54,171 nt of DNA. It comes from Candidatus Zixiibacteriota bacterium (GTDB lineage Bacteria > Zixibacteria > MSB-5A5 > JAUVRN01). Shown here piece after piece: positions 19,129 through 27,935 of this stretch (position 1 is its first letter; every line of letters starts with the position of its first letter). The position numbers were made by a program, and so were the translations under genes. The notes below the pieces were generated by a model. The model ran no database searches. It was not told where the DNA came from and saw only the letters and a program-made list of their open reading frames with translations. The stretch covers positions 1 to 54,171 of the forward strand of contig DAIOGN010000002.1 of assembly GCA_036745245.1 (NCBI GenBank), written 5' to 3'.

Positions 19129-21009
19129 TCACTTAAGTAGCAGAGCTTTGCGAGTCACCTGCATGCCATCTACCTGCAATCTTATCATGTAGGGCCCGCT
19201 GGCCACTGGCCCGCCGTCCGAATCCACGCCGCACCAGAGCGCACGATACTCGCCGGGCGGAAGTGTCCCGCTCACTAGTGTAATGACGTTTCTCCCGAGA
19301 AGATCGAGAATTGTAAGCTGGGTCCTCACAGGATTGCTTCTTTGGCCAGCAGCGATTGAAAAGCGAATTACGGTCGATCCGTTAAAGGGGTTTGGCACGT
19401 TTGGGTAGAGTACGAATTCATCTGGCAGGACAGCGTCGTCGAATACCCCCGTGGCGGATGCAAACAGTGCTTCAGAGAGGTCGCTCGCATTGCCTTGGGA
19501 GTCGAGCGATCGCAGTCGGTAGTAATATGATCGCCCGGGTGCGATCGACGAATCGAAGTACTGTGTATCCGCTGACGTACTCGAAAGAAGCAGGGATGGC
19601 AGGGGATTCGTGAATGGCAACGAGTCGCGATAGAGCTCATAGCGTTCGAAGTCCGCTTCACAGTGCCCTGACCACTGCAAGAAGATGCCTGTATCTGAAC
19701 CTGTCGCCTTTGAATTCCCGGGCACCCCAGGAGGCAAGTCCAAGTATGAATAGCTGATTCCGAGCACACCGCCGCAGGGACCAATATCGGATCGGCTCCC
19801 GTCTAGGTCTTTCAGGAGTGTATCCCCGGCATCGATGGCGGGAGAGAATGCTTGTAGAAGATAATCGTTGGTGTCCTGAAACATCGGGCAGGCCAGGATA
19901 CAGCCGCTGGAGATTCGGGCCGCCGTATCAACCCACAACTCGTTTTGCCAGAATAGATTGAAGCCAACGCTTCCTGGAGTGGTCGCAACCGAGTCGTACT
20001 GCAAATCGAGGATGGTCCCAATGACCATGTTATTAGTAATCCGAATGTCACCTCCGAACGAGCTAATGCCGCGATCTGCTCCGACACACAGGTTGTTTTC
20101 TATTCGCCCAGTCGTGGGGAATCCATGGGCTTGGTTGTTTATCCAAATGCCACCAGCATGAGCACTTGGCGGAGAAATGAGAATGTTGTTTCTCACGTCG
20201 ATGATCGAGGGTTTATAGAGGTCAATGAGTTGACCAGCACTCCTGACAGTTCTGTAGAATTCGTTGCCGGTGATTCGCGCTGACTTCAACGCTTGGTCGA
20301 TAGGCGAGCCAATAGAGGAATTGTTGACGTAGAAGACGTTGTTCCGAATGTCCGATGACGCCCCGAATAGGTAGACCGCTTCATGAAAGTGAGAGAATTC
20401 GTTGGCTACGATGCTGACTCTCTTGGTGGTATCGACCTCATCGGTAGACACTAGGTAAATCGCCCATTCTACATTGACTATGCGATTGTCACGAACAATT
20501 GCTCCGACGTCTGACTCGCCCAAGATGGCTCGGGGCAGCGCGTATCTCAGTTCATCAACGGGAACCGTATCGACGACAACACCGTCGAGATGGAACCCTT
20601 CCACGAGACTACCATCGCTAAGTGTTATGAGGTAGTTGCCTGTTCCACTGAATAGGAGTCGTGTGTTGTCTCTTCCTGCGCCTACGAAGCTCATTCCACG
20701 TTTCAACTGCAATTGCGAGTTCCAATAGCTGCCAGGTCCTACCAAGACGGTATCGTCCTCCTCTGCCGCCCCCAGCGCTAGAGGTATCGAATCGGTTGCT
20801 GTCTCCCACGTCGTGTACGGAGGGGTGCTTGTTCCTGCCTTGGACACGTAGTGCGTGTCAGCTTCACATCCAACAGAATGGCAAAGCGCTATTTCGAAGG
20901 CGAAGAACGAAGCACACAACCACTTTACCATGAACGGCCACGCACGGGCGGACCTCTTAAGCATCGGCAGCCTCCTATTGGCGTCGCCGTAAGTAGAAGT
21001 TACAAACAA
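19129..21009 (-). CDS. Secreted right-handed beta-helix protein with an FN3-like domain and a T9SS-type C-terminal sorting domain
   Basis: Repetitive N-x-[IV]-x-N beta-helix rungs. Tail YPNVPNPFNGSTVIRFS...ILDLLGRNV...GPYMIRLQVDG...ALLLK. Start ambiguous (21009, 20964 or 20931). Lower GC than its neighbours. Confidence 0.85.
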   Translation of the reverse strand: MFVTSTYGDANRRLPMLKRSARAWPFMVKWLCASFFAFEIALCHSVGCEADTHYVSKAGTSTPPYTTWETATDSIPLALGAAEEDDTVLVGPGSYWNSQLQLKRGMSFVGAGRDNTRLLFSGTGNYLITLSDGSLVEGFHLDGVVVDTVPVDELRYALPRAILGESDVGAIVRDNRIVNVEWAIYLVSTDEVDTTKRVSIVANEFSHFHEAVYLFGASSDIRNNVFYVNNSSIGSPIDQALKSARITGNEFYRTVRSAGQLIDLYKPSIIDVRNNILISPPSAHAGGIWINNQAHGFPTTGRIENNLCVGADRGISSFGGDIRITNNMVIGTILDLQYDSVATTPGSVGFNLFWQNELWVDTAARISSGCILACPMFQDTNDYLLQAFSPAIDAGDTLLKDLDGSRSDIGPCGGVLGISYSYLDLPPGVPGNSKATGSDTGIFLQWSGHCEADFERYELYRDSLPFTNPLPSLLLSSTSADTQYFDSSIAPGRSYYYRLRSLDSQGNASDLSEALFASATGVFDDAVLPDEFVLYPNVPNPFNGSTVIRFSIAAGQRSNPVRTQLTILDLLGRNVITLVSGTLPPGEYRALWCGVDSDGGPVASGPYMIRLQVDGMQVTRKALLLK

Positions 21010-21394
21010 ATATCACAATATGTGAGGCTCGTATCAACTAAAGTGTTTGCAGTCCGAATTGCGGGGTGTGCGCATCACATTTGGGCGGTTACTTACCGTT
21101 CTTGATCGTTGAATTACCGGACAGCAAGGGGGTAGGCGCCTCGTCATCGTGAAGCTGGCCATTTAGCCTCCTTCACGAGCAGTCTCTTTCCATTTCCAAT
21201 TCCCTGTGCTATTGTTCCCCGATCTCCCAAATATGTTATTGTGAAACAACACCTTACCCCAACATCAACCATTCCGGTCCCGAGCCTCCCCGTTCCCCCC
21301 GCCCGAAGGGCGGGGTCAAGAATGTGTGCTTTCGGACACAAGGTTTACACTTCCTTCCGAGCAGATGGCTTACAGTTGTTAGGTTAACCATACT

Positions 21395-22579
21395 TTAGAA
21401 GGCCTTGTCAAGCTTCATCCCAAAGGGATCCTCTTTGGGTGCGAACTTTCGGCTCGGTTCATCCAGGAAGCCGATTTCGTAGTCCATGAAGGTCACGGAC
21501 CAGACCTGGTCTTCGACTTCTGTAAGCCCCACGGGTTGATCGGCAAAGGCTCGGCTGACATGGATCTTCGCCCGGCTCAGGCAGACCCGGCCACAATTGG
21601 ATATGGTCATGGTCTTCTCGTGACCCGGATAGGTCAGTGGCGATAGCCCTTTGTACTTCCGCGCCGACGGTGTGTAGAGATCCGCGGGACTCTTCATCTC
21701 CAGCGCCTGATGAGGGCGTTCGTGATTGTATTCGTCCATGAACCGGTAGAATCGGTCCTGCTGCTGCAATAGATTGTCCCCTGGGGGTCGGGTGGCCTCC
21801 AACTTCAGCGTGCGGTGCATCCGTTCATGACGTCCGTTCTGCTGGGGATTACCGGGGCGGATCCGCTCGAGCTTGATTCCCAATCGTATCCACCACACGG
21901 ACAGTTTGGTGAGTCCCCACAGGGAGTTGCCACTGGCAAAGGGGATGCCGTTATCACTACGGATGGCGCTAGGCAGTCCGTAAGCTCCGAAGGCCTCCTC
22001 AAACACGGAATAGCTGGCGTTCTCTTCAGTGCCCGCCAGGGCCTCGCAGCTGATCAGGTATCGACTCTGGAAGTCCGTGATGGTCAGAGGAAAGCAATAC
22101 GCATTGTTCCTCATCTGGAACTGACCCTTGAAGTCCACGCACCAGAGGTCGTTCGGCTGCCGGGGGGTGGAGAGGTAGCTGGCGACCGCGCTGAACTTGG
22201 GCCGGCGCGTCTTCCGCTTCACCAAATCATGCCGGTCCAGGATGCAGTGAATGGTGCTGATGGACGGCAGCCGCACCTGGGGATGCCTTCGCATCACCAA
22301 CTCCCGGATCTTCGGAGCTCCCCAGTGAGGCCTCTCCTTCTTCAGACGGAGGATGATCTGCTCCACATCGAAGGAGGTCTGGTTCGGATGCGCGTGGGGA
22401 GCTCGACTCCGAAACTTGATGCCCGTAGCGCCCTGTTCCTGATACCACTTCCAGATCTTGTGGCCCGTGACTCGCGAAATCCCGAACTCCCGGCACAAAG
22501 GTGCCATCTTCTCGCCGGCCAGGATCCGACCCACAAACTTCAGTCGCTCATCCATGACACTGGTCTCCTTCCAAGGCAT
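21395..22579 (-). CDS. IS481-family DDE transposase (integrase catalytic core)
   Basis: ATG 22579 after GGAGGAGG. N-terminal HTH (LCREFGISRVTGHKIWKWY). WCVDFKG, SDNGIPF, NPQQNGRHERMHRTLK (D-D-E region). The track ORF's N-terminal extension runs into the tRNA and is rejected. Confidence 0.9.
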   Translation of the reverse strand: MPWKETSVMDERLKFVGRILAGEKMAPLCREFGISRVTGHKIWKWYQEQGATGIKFRSRAPHAHPNQTSFDVEQIILRLKKERPHWGAPKIRELVMRRHPQVRLPSISTIHCILDRHDLVKRKTRRPKFSAVASYLSTPRQPNDLWCVDFKGQFQMRNNAYCFPLTITDFQSRYLISCEALAGTEENASYSVFEEAFGAYGLPSAIRSDNGIPFASGNSLWGLTKLSVWWIRLGIKLERIRPGNPQQNGRHERMHRTLKLEATRPPGDNLLQQQDRFYRFMDEYNHERPHQALEMKSPADLYTPSARKYKGLSPLTYPGHEKTMTISNCGRVCLSRAKIHVSRAFADQPVGLTEVEDQVWSVTFMDYEIGFLDEPSRKFAPKEDPFGMKLDKAF

Positions 22580-22604
22580 AGGCCTCCTCCTGAGGTAATG
22601 CCCT

Positions 22605-22655
22605 AAAGTGTAAACCATGTGCCCGGAATGAAGTGTAAAGGATGTGCCCGGAATG
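22605..22655. repeat. Tandem duplication of the IS right terminal repeat
   Basis: AGTGTAAACCATGTGCCCGGAATG is followed directly by AGTGTAAAGGATGTGCCCGGAATG (2 mismatches). Confidence 0.7.
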
Positions 22656-22666
22656 TACCAGTATAG

Positions 22667-22740
22667 TAGCGGCGCAGGGATTCGAACCCCGGACAAGCGG
22701 ATTATGATTCCGCTGCTCTAACCAGCTGAGCTACGCCGCC
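22667..22740 (-). tRNA. tRNA with CAT anticodon (elongator Met or lysidine-type Ile2; not initiator)
   Basis: Hand-folded 74-nt cloverleaf: GGCGGCG TA GCTC AGCTGGTTA GAGC A GCGGA ATCATAA TCCGC TTGTC CGGGG TTCGAAT CCCTG CGCCGCT A. G1-U72 wobble pair. No encoded CCA. No C1 mismatch and no GGG/CCC anticodon stem. Confidence 0.9.
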
Positions 22741-22784
22741 ACGTGAATTGCAAGGGCCATAAAATAGGCGAAAACAGATATCCG

Positions 22785-23141
22785 TCAACGGGTATTGGGC
22801 GGCCCGGAGCGGGGCTTTGATGCCCGGATGCTTCCCTTCGGTTTGAAGCGGACTTCCACTCTCTGGCCCAGCACGAAGCCTATCCGCTGCAGCATTCGCA
22901 GCGAGTGGCCGCCATAATCGTTGTCCTCGAGGCGGCAGATGACAGAGGCCGTCGTGCCCAGCCGTGCGGCCAGTTGGCGCTGGGTAAGCCCGAAACGAGT
23001 GCGAAGCTGGTACACTTCGCGCGCGACCCTGGCATTCAGTATCTCCTGCTCCAGTTCGGCCATTCGATCGGCACGCCCTTCAAAGTACAGCAAGTCAATG
23101 ATCTTCAGGGCATCCCGCGTCTTCCTGACCTTTGCTGTCAT
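22785..23141 (-). CDS. XRE-family HTH antitoxin (HigA-like)
   Basis: HTH LTQRQLAARLGTTASVICRLE. The ATG overlaps the toxin stop (ATGA at 23138-23141). Confidence 0.8.
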   Translation of the reverse strand: MTAKVRKTRDALKIIDLLYFEGRADRMAELEQEILNARVAREVYQLRTRFGLTQRQLAARLGTTASVICRLEDNDYGGHSLRMLQRIGFVLGQRVEVRFKPKGSIRASKPRSGPPNTR

Positions 23142-23514
23142 GGAATCCCCACCACATGGATGTGGCGCATTGGCGCCCGGGCAAACTTCCTCGAGCGAGC
23201 CACCGCGAGCCGGAACTCAGCTGCGGGAACTCGTGACTCTCCTTTCGCAAAAGCCGACAGCAGCAGCACCACTTCACGACCATGGAAACAGTAGAGAATG
23301 CGGTATCGTTGTCCAGCACGCAGAATGCGAAGCTCGTATACGCCTTCTCCCAAATAGTCCGATTCAGGCCTTCTCATGTGATGACCCAGTTCCTGTAGTA
23401 ATGCCAGCCGAGCCCTGCACTTGATCAGCACCCGAGGCTCAGGGAACCGAGCCAACGCAGTACGGGCACGGTTCCGTCGTCATCACGGTAGAAGGCTACC
23501 TGAACCTTCGGCAG
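23138..23514 (-). pseudogene. HigB / Gp49-like (RelE superfamily) toxin, apparently frameshifted and lacking a canonical start
   Basis: Track ORF 23138..23455 (TTG start) encodes LGEGVYELRIL..YRILYCFHGREVVLLLSAFAKG. The expected N-terminal strand KVQVAFYRDDDGTVPVLRWLGSL is read in the -1 frame from 23512 down to ~23440, where only a CTG after GGGAG is available as a start. Confidence 0.55.
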
Positions 23515-23561
23515 AGGCTCTCCCGTAGGTTAGCAATATTGCGAACAATGTCAAGCAGAGC

Positions 23562-23861
23562 TTGCATCTCCATTGGCTTGTTCAACTAAATGGAGTCGGT
23601 GAAGCCTGCGAATGCTACGTGGCTCTCACGGGTGACGTGAGCGCGTCGGGATCGCTCACCTCGGCCGACGTCATCGCCATGGTGAACTTCGTGTTCAAGG
23701 CGGGGTTGCCCTTCAGCCCGTGTGAGGCGGCAGGCGATGTGAACTGCACGGGGCAGGTGACGTCTGCGGACATCATCTTCATGGTGAATGCAGTGTTCAA
23801 GGGTGGACCGGCCTCCTGCAACGTCTGCGCGCTCATCCCGTCACAGTGGGTCTGTCCGTGA
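23562..23861 (+). CDS. Stand-alone six-Cys dockerin-like module; probable 5'-truncated gene remnant
   Basis: 99-aa ORF from TTG, open only from 23529. No signal peptide and no upstream domain. Module at 23607..23858 ends C..C.LIP..W.CP, as in ORF 24081. Confidence 0.45.
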   Translation: MHLHWLVQLNGVGEACECYVALTGDVSASGSLTSADVIAMVNFVFKAGLPFSPCEAAGDVNCTGQVTSADIIFMVNAVFKGGPASCNVCALIPSQWVCP

Positions 23862-24080
23862 GGGTCCGCACAACACGGTCTCTCTAAGGCCCTTCGAACA
23901 TACCGATCGCCGCCTCGGGGACCTTGGAAACGGGCTCCTGGGGCCTTATCCTGCGCACTGAGCCCGACCCCAGGGTGCGGGCCGGGGCCACCCCAGCCCT
24001 GTCTGAAATCCGGCTCGGCCGGCCGGCCTGGGGCCATGGCGCTGGGCCCCCTGCGAGCCGATACACTAGAGGTGGCTAAC

Positions 24081-25412
24081 ATGATTCGAACGATCGTCGC
24101 GGTGTGCACCCTCTCGCTCTTCGGTTGGGGGTCTGCCCATGCTCAGCTCGACGTATCCGTCGACACGCTCACCGTGATCGAGTCCACGACGATTTCCTAC
24201 CAGGGTCTGGTGGTGGACTACTTCCTCGTCGATCTCGGCGACGCTGCAATAATCTTCATTGAGGACTCGGCCTTCGTCAAGATGCTGGGCTTCATCGAAG
24301 GCGTCGATACGATGTTGCTCCCGGAGGCCACCGTCTGGATGAGGACCAGTGGTGCGCAGGTGGGAGACAGCTGGGCGGGGGTCTTGCCGTTGGACCAGAT
24401 GATCTTCACCCAGGAGGAGATCGTCGGCACCAAAATGGTCACCGTGGGCGCGGGCACCTTCCTGGTGTTCGACATCGGCGTGTGGGATCTCGACGGTCAG
24501 TACCTGGGCGAGAAGTGGTACTCCGACGGAATTGGATTGGTCGGCTGGGACATCAACATCTGCAACGAGACGCACGATCTCCAGGTTCTGGAGTTTGACC
24601 TCTCCGGTGCGGGGTTCTGGCCCCACGCCTTTGGTGACACCTGGATTTACGACGAACGTACGAATCGGACCTGGGTCACTGCACCTGTGGCCTCGATCGT
24701 CGTGGACGGTTCAATGTCCGACTGGGTAGGCGTCTCGCCGGTCGTTCAGGACTCACCGGGCGACGACACGTCCATCTGGCCCGGCTCCGACATCAGCGAT
24801 CTGTTCGCAGCAGTGAACAATGACACGCTGTACATGGCAGCCACCTTCTGGGACGGCGCGCCCGACACGGGCTTCGCCTCCGGTTATCCTTTCGCATATT
24901 CGTTCGTGTTTGATGACGAAGGATTCGGTACGCTGTGGGGCTACTCGGTGGCGTACGAACCTGAGCCCGTCTCGGAATGGTATGTCTCAGGCCTCAACCT
25001 GTCCGTGGCGGGCGCGAGGGCGGCCGTGGGTGAAGCCGTGGAAATGGCTGTGCCCATTTCGAGCCTCGGCTTCTTCACTTTCGAAATCCCGAATTTTCTC
25101 TTTGCCGTGGACTCGAGCTACGCCGACGTCACCTGTTACCATCGGGTGCGGCTGGAGCCGAGCTGCTCCATCACCCTGACCGGTGATGTGAACATTAACG
25201 GTGCCATTTCGTCGTCGGACATCATCACCCTGGTGAACTATGTATTCAAGGCGGGGCCGACACCGCTTCCGTGCCTGGCCGCAGGCGACGTGAACTGCAA
25301 CGGCGCAGTCAGTTCGTCCGATATCATTTACATTGTGAACCGCGTGTTCAAGGCCGGGCCCGAGCCCTGCGACGCCTGCTCCCTGATTCCCGGCACCTGG
25401 AGCTGCCCGTAA
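24081..25412 (+). CDS. Secreted protein of unknown function with a C-terminal six-Cys dockerin-like module
   Basis: ATG 24081 after AGAGGTGG. Signal peptide MIRTIVAVCTLSLFGWGSAHA. Module at 25164..25409. Confidence 0.85.
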   Translation: MIRTIVAVCTLSLFGWGSAHAQLDVSVDTLTVIESTTISYQGLVVDYFLVDLGDAAIIFIEDSAFVKMLGFIEGVDTMLLPEATVWMRTSGAQVGDSWAGVLPLDQMIFTQEEIVGTKMVTVGAGTFLVFDIGVWDLDGQYLGEKWYSDGIGLVGWDINICNETHDLQVLEFDLSGAGFWPHAFGDTWIYDERTNRTWVTAPVASIVVDGSMSDWVGVSPVVQDSPGDDTSIWPGSDISDLFAAVNNDTLYMAATFWDGAPDTGFASGYPFAYSFVFDDEGFGTLWGYSVAYEPEPVSEWYVSGLNLSVAGARAAVGEAVEMAVPISSLGFFTFEIPNFLFAVDSSYADVTCYHRVRLEPSCSITLTGDVNINGAISSSDIITLVNYVFKAGPTPLPCLAAGDVNCNGAVSSSDIIYIVNRVFKAGPEPCDACSLIPGTWSCP

Positions 25413-25417
25413 CGGAG

Positions 25418-27919
25418 TTACTCCGACGGCTCAACGTCGGGATAGAAGTCGGGCACCACCACCAGCAGCTTCCCCGGATCGATGAGTATCTCCCTGAGCC
25501 TGTCGCCGCAGGCGAGCTGTTCGAGCGGCAGCGACTGAAGCACGCGCTCGCCCTGCTGAAGCACGCGCGGCGGATCGAAGGGGTCGGTTACGGCCAGCGC
25601 CAGATCGTTGTTCTCGTCGGAGATCACGGGCACACCGCGCACGTCTTCGCGTAGCGCTTCGTCCGGACGCATGATGCGCGCCAGCAGTTGAAGGGGCTCC
25701 GTGAGACCCAGAGCGGCCAGATCGGCCCGTGGCCCTTCCAGTGCAGCGAAGCGCGACTCGAGAAGGGCCGCGTCGAACGGCTGTCGGCTGCCCATGAGAA
25801 TGAGCTGGTGGCCAAATCCCACGAATAAAAGCGAATGCGGAAACACCTCCACGAACGTGGCCACCATGCGTCGGGCGGCGTTGCCCGACAGGGTGTTCAT
25901 GGGCAGCCACTGCGTCATGGTCCCTTCGGGGGAGAGACGCTCCAGAATGGCGCGGTAGTACTCCACCGAGTACAGGCGGTACACGCCCGCCGCGCGCGGC
26001 GGGGGCGGCTCGCTGGTGACCAGGTCGTAGGTGTGCTCGTAGCGTTCCAGAAACCGGCGGCCGTCGTCGTGGATGAGCCGGACGCGCGGATCGCGGTGCG
26101 ACAGGAGATTGGTCTCCGCAAACTCGTCGGCTGTTTCGAACACCTTGTCGTTCAGGTCGACAATGTCGATTGAGCGGATCGACTCGTGGGAGGCGATAGC
26201 GCGTGCCGTATTCCCCACGCCAAAGCAGATGAGCAGCGCGTCTTTGGGATCGTGCTGTGCCAGAAGAGGCATGTGCGCCATGAGGCGCATATACTGCTGC
26301 GAGTGGGGCGAGGTGCCCGACATGGGGTAGCTGTCGAAGAAGAGCACCTTGCGTTCCGGCGGTCGCACGATGTAGGTGGTGTTCACGCCGTCGCTCTTCA
26401 TGGCGTACACCGGGTGCTGCGCCGCCAGGTGGGTGGGTGAGAAAAAGCTCCGGTCGAAGCTGCCTGGAATGAAGATCGCGCAGGCCACCGCGGCCGCCAC
26501 GGCCGAGCCGAGCGCCAGCCTCGACAGCGGGCGGTAGGGCCGCAGGGTGAGCGCGAGCGCGGCGCAAATCGCGGTCACGGCCACCACGAGTTTCACTGCA
26601 TAGAACAGGCTCACCCGCGGCGCCGCCCACGAGAAGATCACCGCTCCCGCACAGAAGGCCAGCGTGTTGAGTCCGTACGCCCCACCCAGGTGCCGCTTTT
26701 GCGCCTGGGAGGCATTGCACACGGCGGGCAAAGGCAATGAGGCCAGATAGTATGCGGGAAACACGATCACGCCTGTAAAAAGCAGGAGATGCTCGAGGCT
26801 TGCCCCCAGCGGCTGAATGGACGGGTTGGCTACGTCGGGGTGCAAATGCGCCTGAGAGGTCACCCAGTCTACGAATCGCCTGTCGAACCACCGCCGGATG
26901 TCGGTGAGCCAGATCCATGTGGCGGCGTGAACCAGGCACGATCCGGCCAGTGCAGAGCGCACGAGCCAGGGCCTGGGGGGTCCCAGTGCACGCACAGTCC
27001 AGCTGGCGGCGAAGATTGCGGCGATGGCCCAGAAGGAGGTGAACGACATGGCCGCATCCGTAATGGCCCCCGCGAAACGCACGGCGCGGAACATGTCCAT
27101 CTCCAGGGCACCCGTCACGAATCCCGACAGGGTGGCGACCGCCAGAAGCACGGCCGGCTCGAACAACGGCTTGCCGGGCTTCTTCCTGCGATCCTTTGAG
27201 CTGGCCTGCGCCTCTGGCTCGGTCTCGTCCGTCGAACGACCCACGTCCCCGAATCTTCCAAGCGACATGAACGCCAGGCCGAGCAGGACATTCGCCGCCA
27301 CCAGCACCATGAATGTGGTGGAATGACCGAGAAACCTGAGCAGGATGAATTCAGCCGCCAGAACGCCGAGGCAGGCGCCCAGTGTGTTCCAGCCGTACAA
27401 TTCCGATGGCAGCATCTCTCGTTCTCGGAACGCGCGGCAGAGAATCGGAAACGTGGTGCCCATGAGGAAGGTGGGCAGAAGCATGAGTGCCGCACCCAGT
27501 CCCGTGGCCAGCTGGAGAGTGAAGTGCGGCTCGAAGATGCCGCGCTCGTCGACCACGTATGGAAACGTGCTGGAGGCACCCGCTCCCGACAGGTCCAGAA
27601 TCCACGTGAGCAGTGCGGTGGCCGCAATGGCCAGTTCGATCCAGCCTACCAGGCGCAGGGGTCGGCTCAAGAGTGGGATGTTTCCGGCCCAGTGCAGAAT
27701 CCTGCGGCTTGCGAGAGCGCCTGCTCCCAGTCCGCCGATGAAGGCGATGATGACGATGAGAAACGTGAAGGTGGTGGAACCAAAGCGGTCCGCATAGATC
27801 CGGAACCACATCACCTGGTAGCCCAGGCTGATCACGCCGGACAGAAACGTGAGGAGATACAGCCACACGGGCAGGCGTCCGCCCGCGGAACCCGATTCGG
27901 CGGAAAGACGCTCTGTCAA
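25418..27919 (-). CDS. Fused polytopic membrane domain / spermidine-synthase-like aminopropyltransferase fold protein
   Basis: 833 aa. About 500 aa of TM helices, then LLICFGVGNTARA ... IHDDGRRFL ... YDLVTSEPPPP (SpeE-like SAM-MTase fold). Confidence 0.8.
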   Translation of the reverse strand: MTERLSAESGSAGGRLPVWLYLLTFLSGVISLGYQVMWFRIYADRFGSTTFTFLIVIIAFIGGLGAGALASRRILHWAGNIPLLSRPLRLVGWIELAIAATALLTWILDLSGAGASSTFPYVVDERGIFEPHFTLQLATGLGAALMLLPTFLMGTTFPILCRAFREREMLPSELYGWNTLGACLGVLAAEFILLRFLGHSTTFMVLVAANVLLGLAFMSLGRFGDVGRSTDETEPEAQASSKDRRKKPGKPLFEPAVLLAVATLSGFVTGALEMDMFRAVRFAGAITDAAMSFTSFWAIAAIFAASWTVRALGPPRPWLVRSALAGSCLVHAATWIWLTDIRRWFDRRFVDWVTSQAHLHPDVANPSIQPLGASLEHLLLFTGVIVFPAYYLASLPLPAVCNASQAQKRHLGGAYGLNTLAFCAGAVIFSWAAPRVSLFYAVKLVVAVTAICAALALTLRPYRPLSRLALGSAVAAAVACAIFIPGSFDRSFFSPTHLAAQHPVYAMKSDGVNTTYIVRPPERKVLFFDSYPMSGTSPHSQQYMRLMAHMPLLAQHDPKDALLICFGVGNTARAIASHESIRSIDIVDLNDKVFETADEFAETNLLSHRDPRVRLIHDDGRRFLERYEHTYDLVTSEPPPPRAAGVYRLYSVEYYRAILERLSPEGTMTQWLPMNTLSGNAARRMVATFVEVFPHSLLFVGFGHQLILMGSRQPFDAALLESRFAALEGPRADLAALGLTEPLQLLARIMRPDEALREDVRGVPVISDENNDLALAVTDPFDPPRVLQQGERVLQSLPLEQLACGDRLREILIDPGKLLVVVPDFYPDVEPSE

Positions 27920-27935
27920 AACCCGCGCCGTAAAG

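Larger units (their letters stand above)
21330..22655 (-). mobile_element. IS481-family-like insertion sequence
   Basis: Single DDE transposase flanked by imperfect inverted repeats: left TTTCGGACACAAGGTTTACACT (21330-21351), right AGTGTAAACCATGTGCCCGGAA (from 22607). The right repeat is present twice in tandem. Exact ends are uncertain. Confidence 0.55.

Noticed and set aside
21144-21341. 65-aa minus ORF between the beta-helix gene and the IS
   Set aside because: It spans the IS left repeat and the promoter region. Composition is unremarkable and there is no Shine-Dalgarno sequence.
22580-22696. N-terminal extension of the transposase ORF
   Set aside because: It runs across the IS terminal repeats into the tRNA gene. 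ATG 22579 has a GGAGGAGG Shine-Dalgarno sequence.
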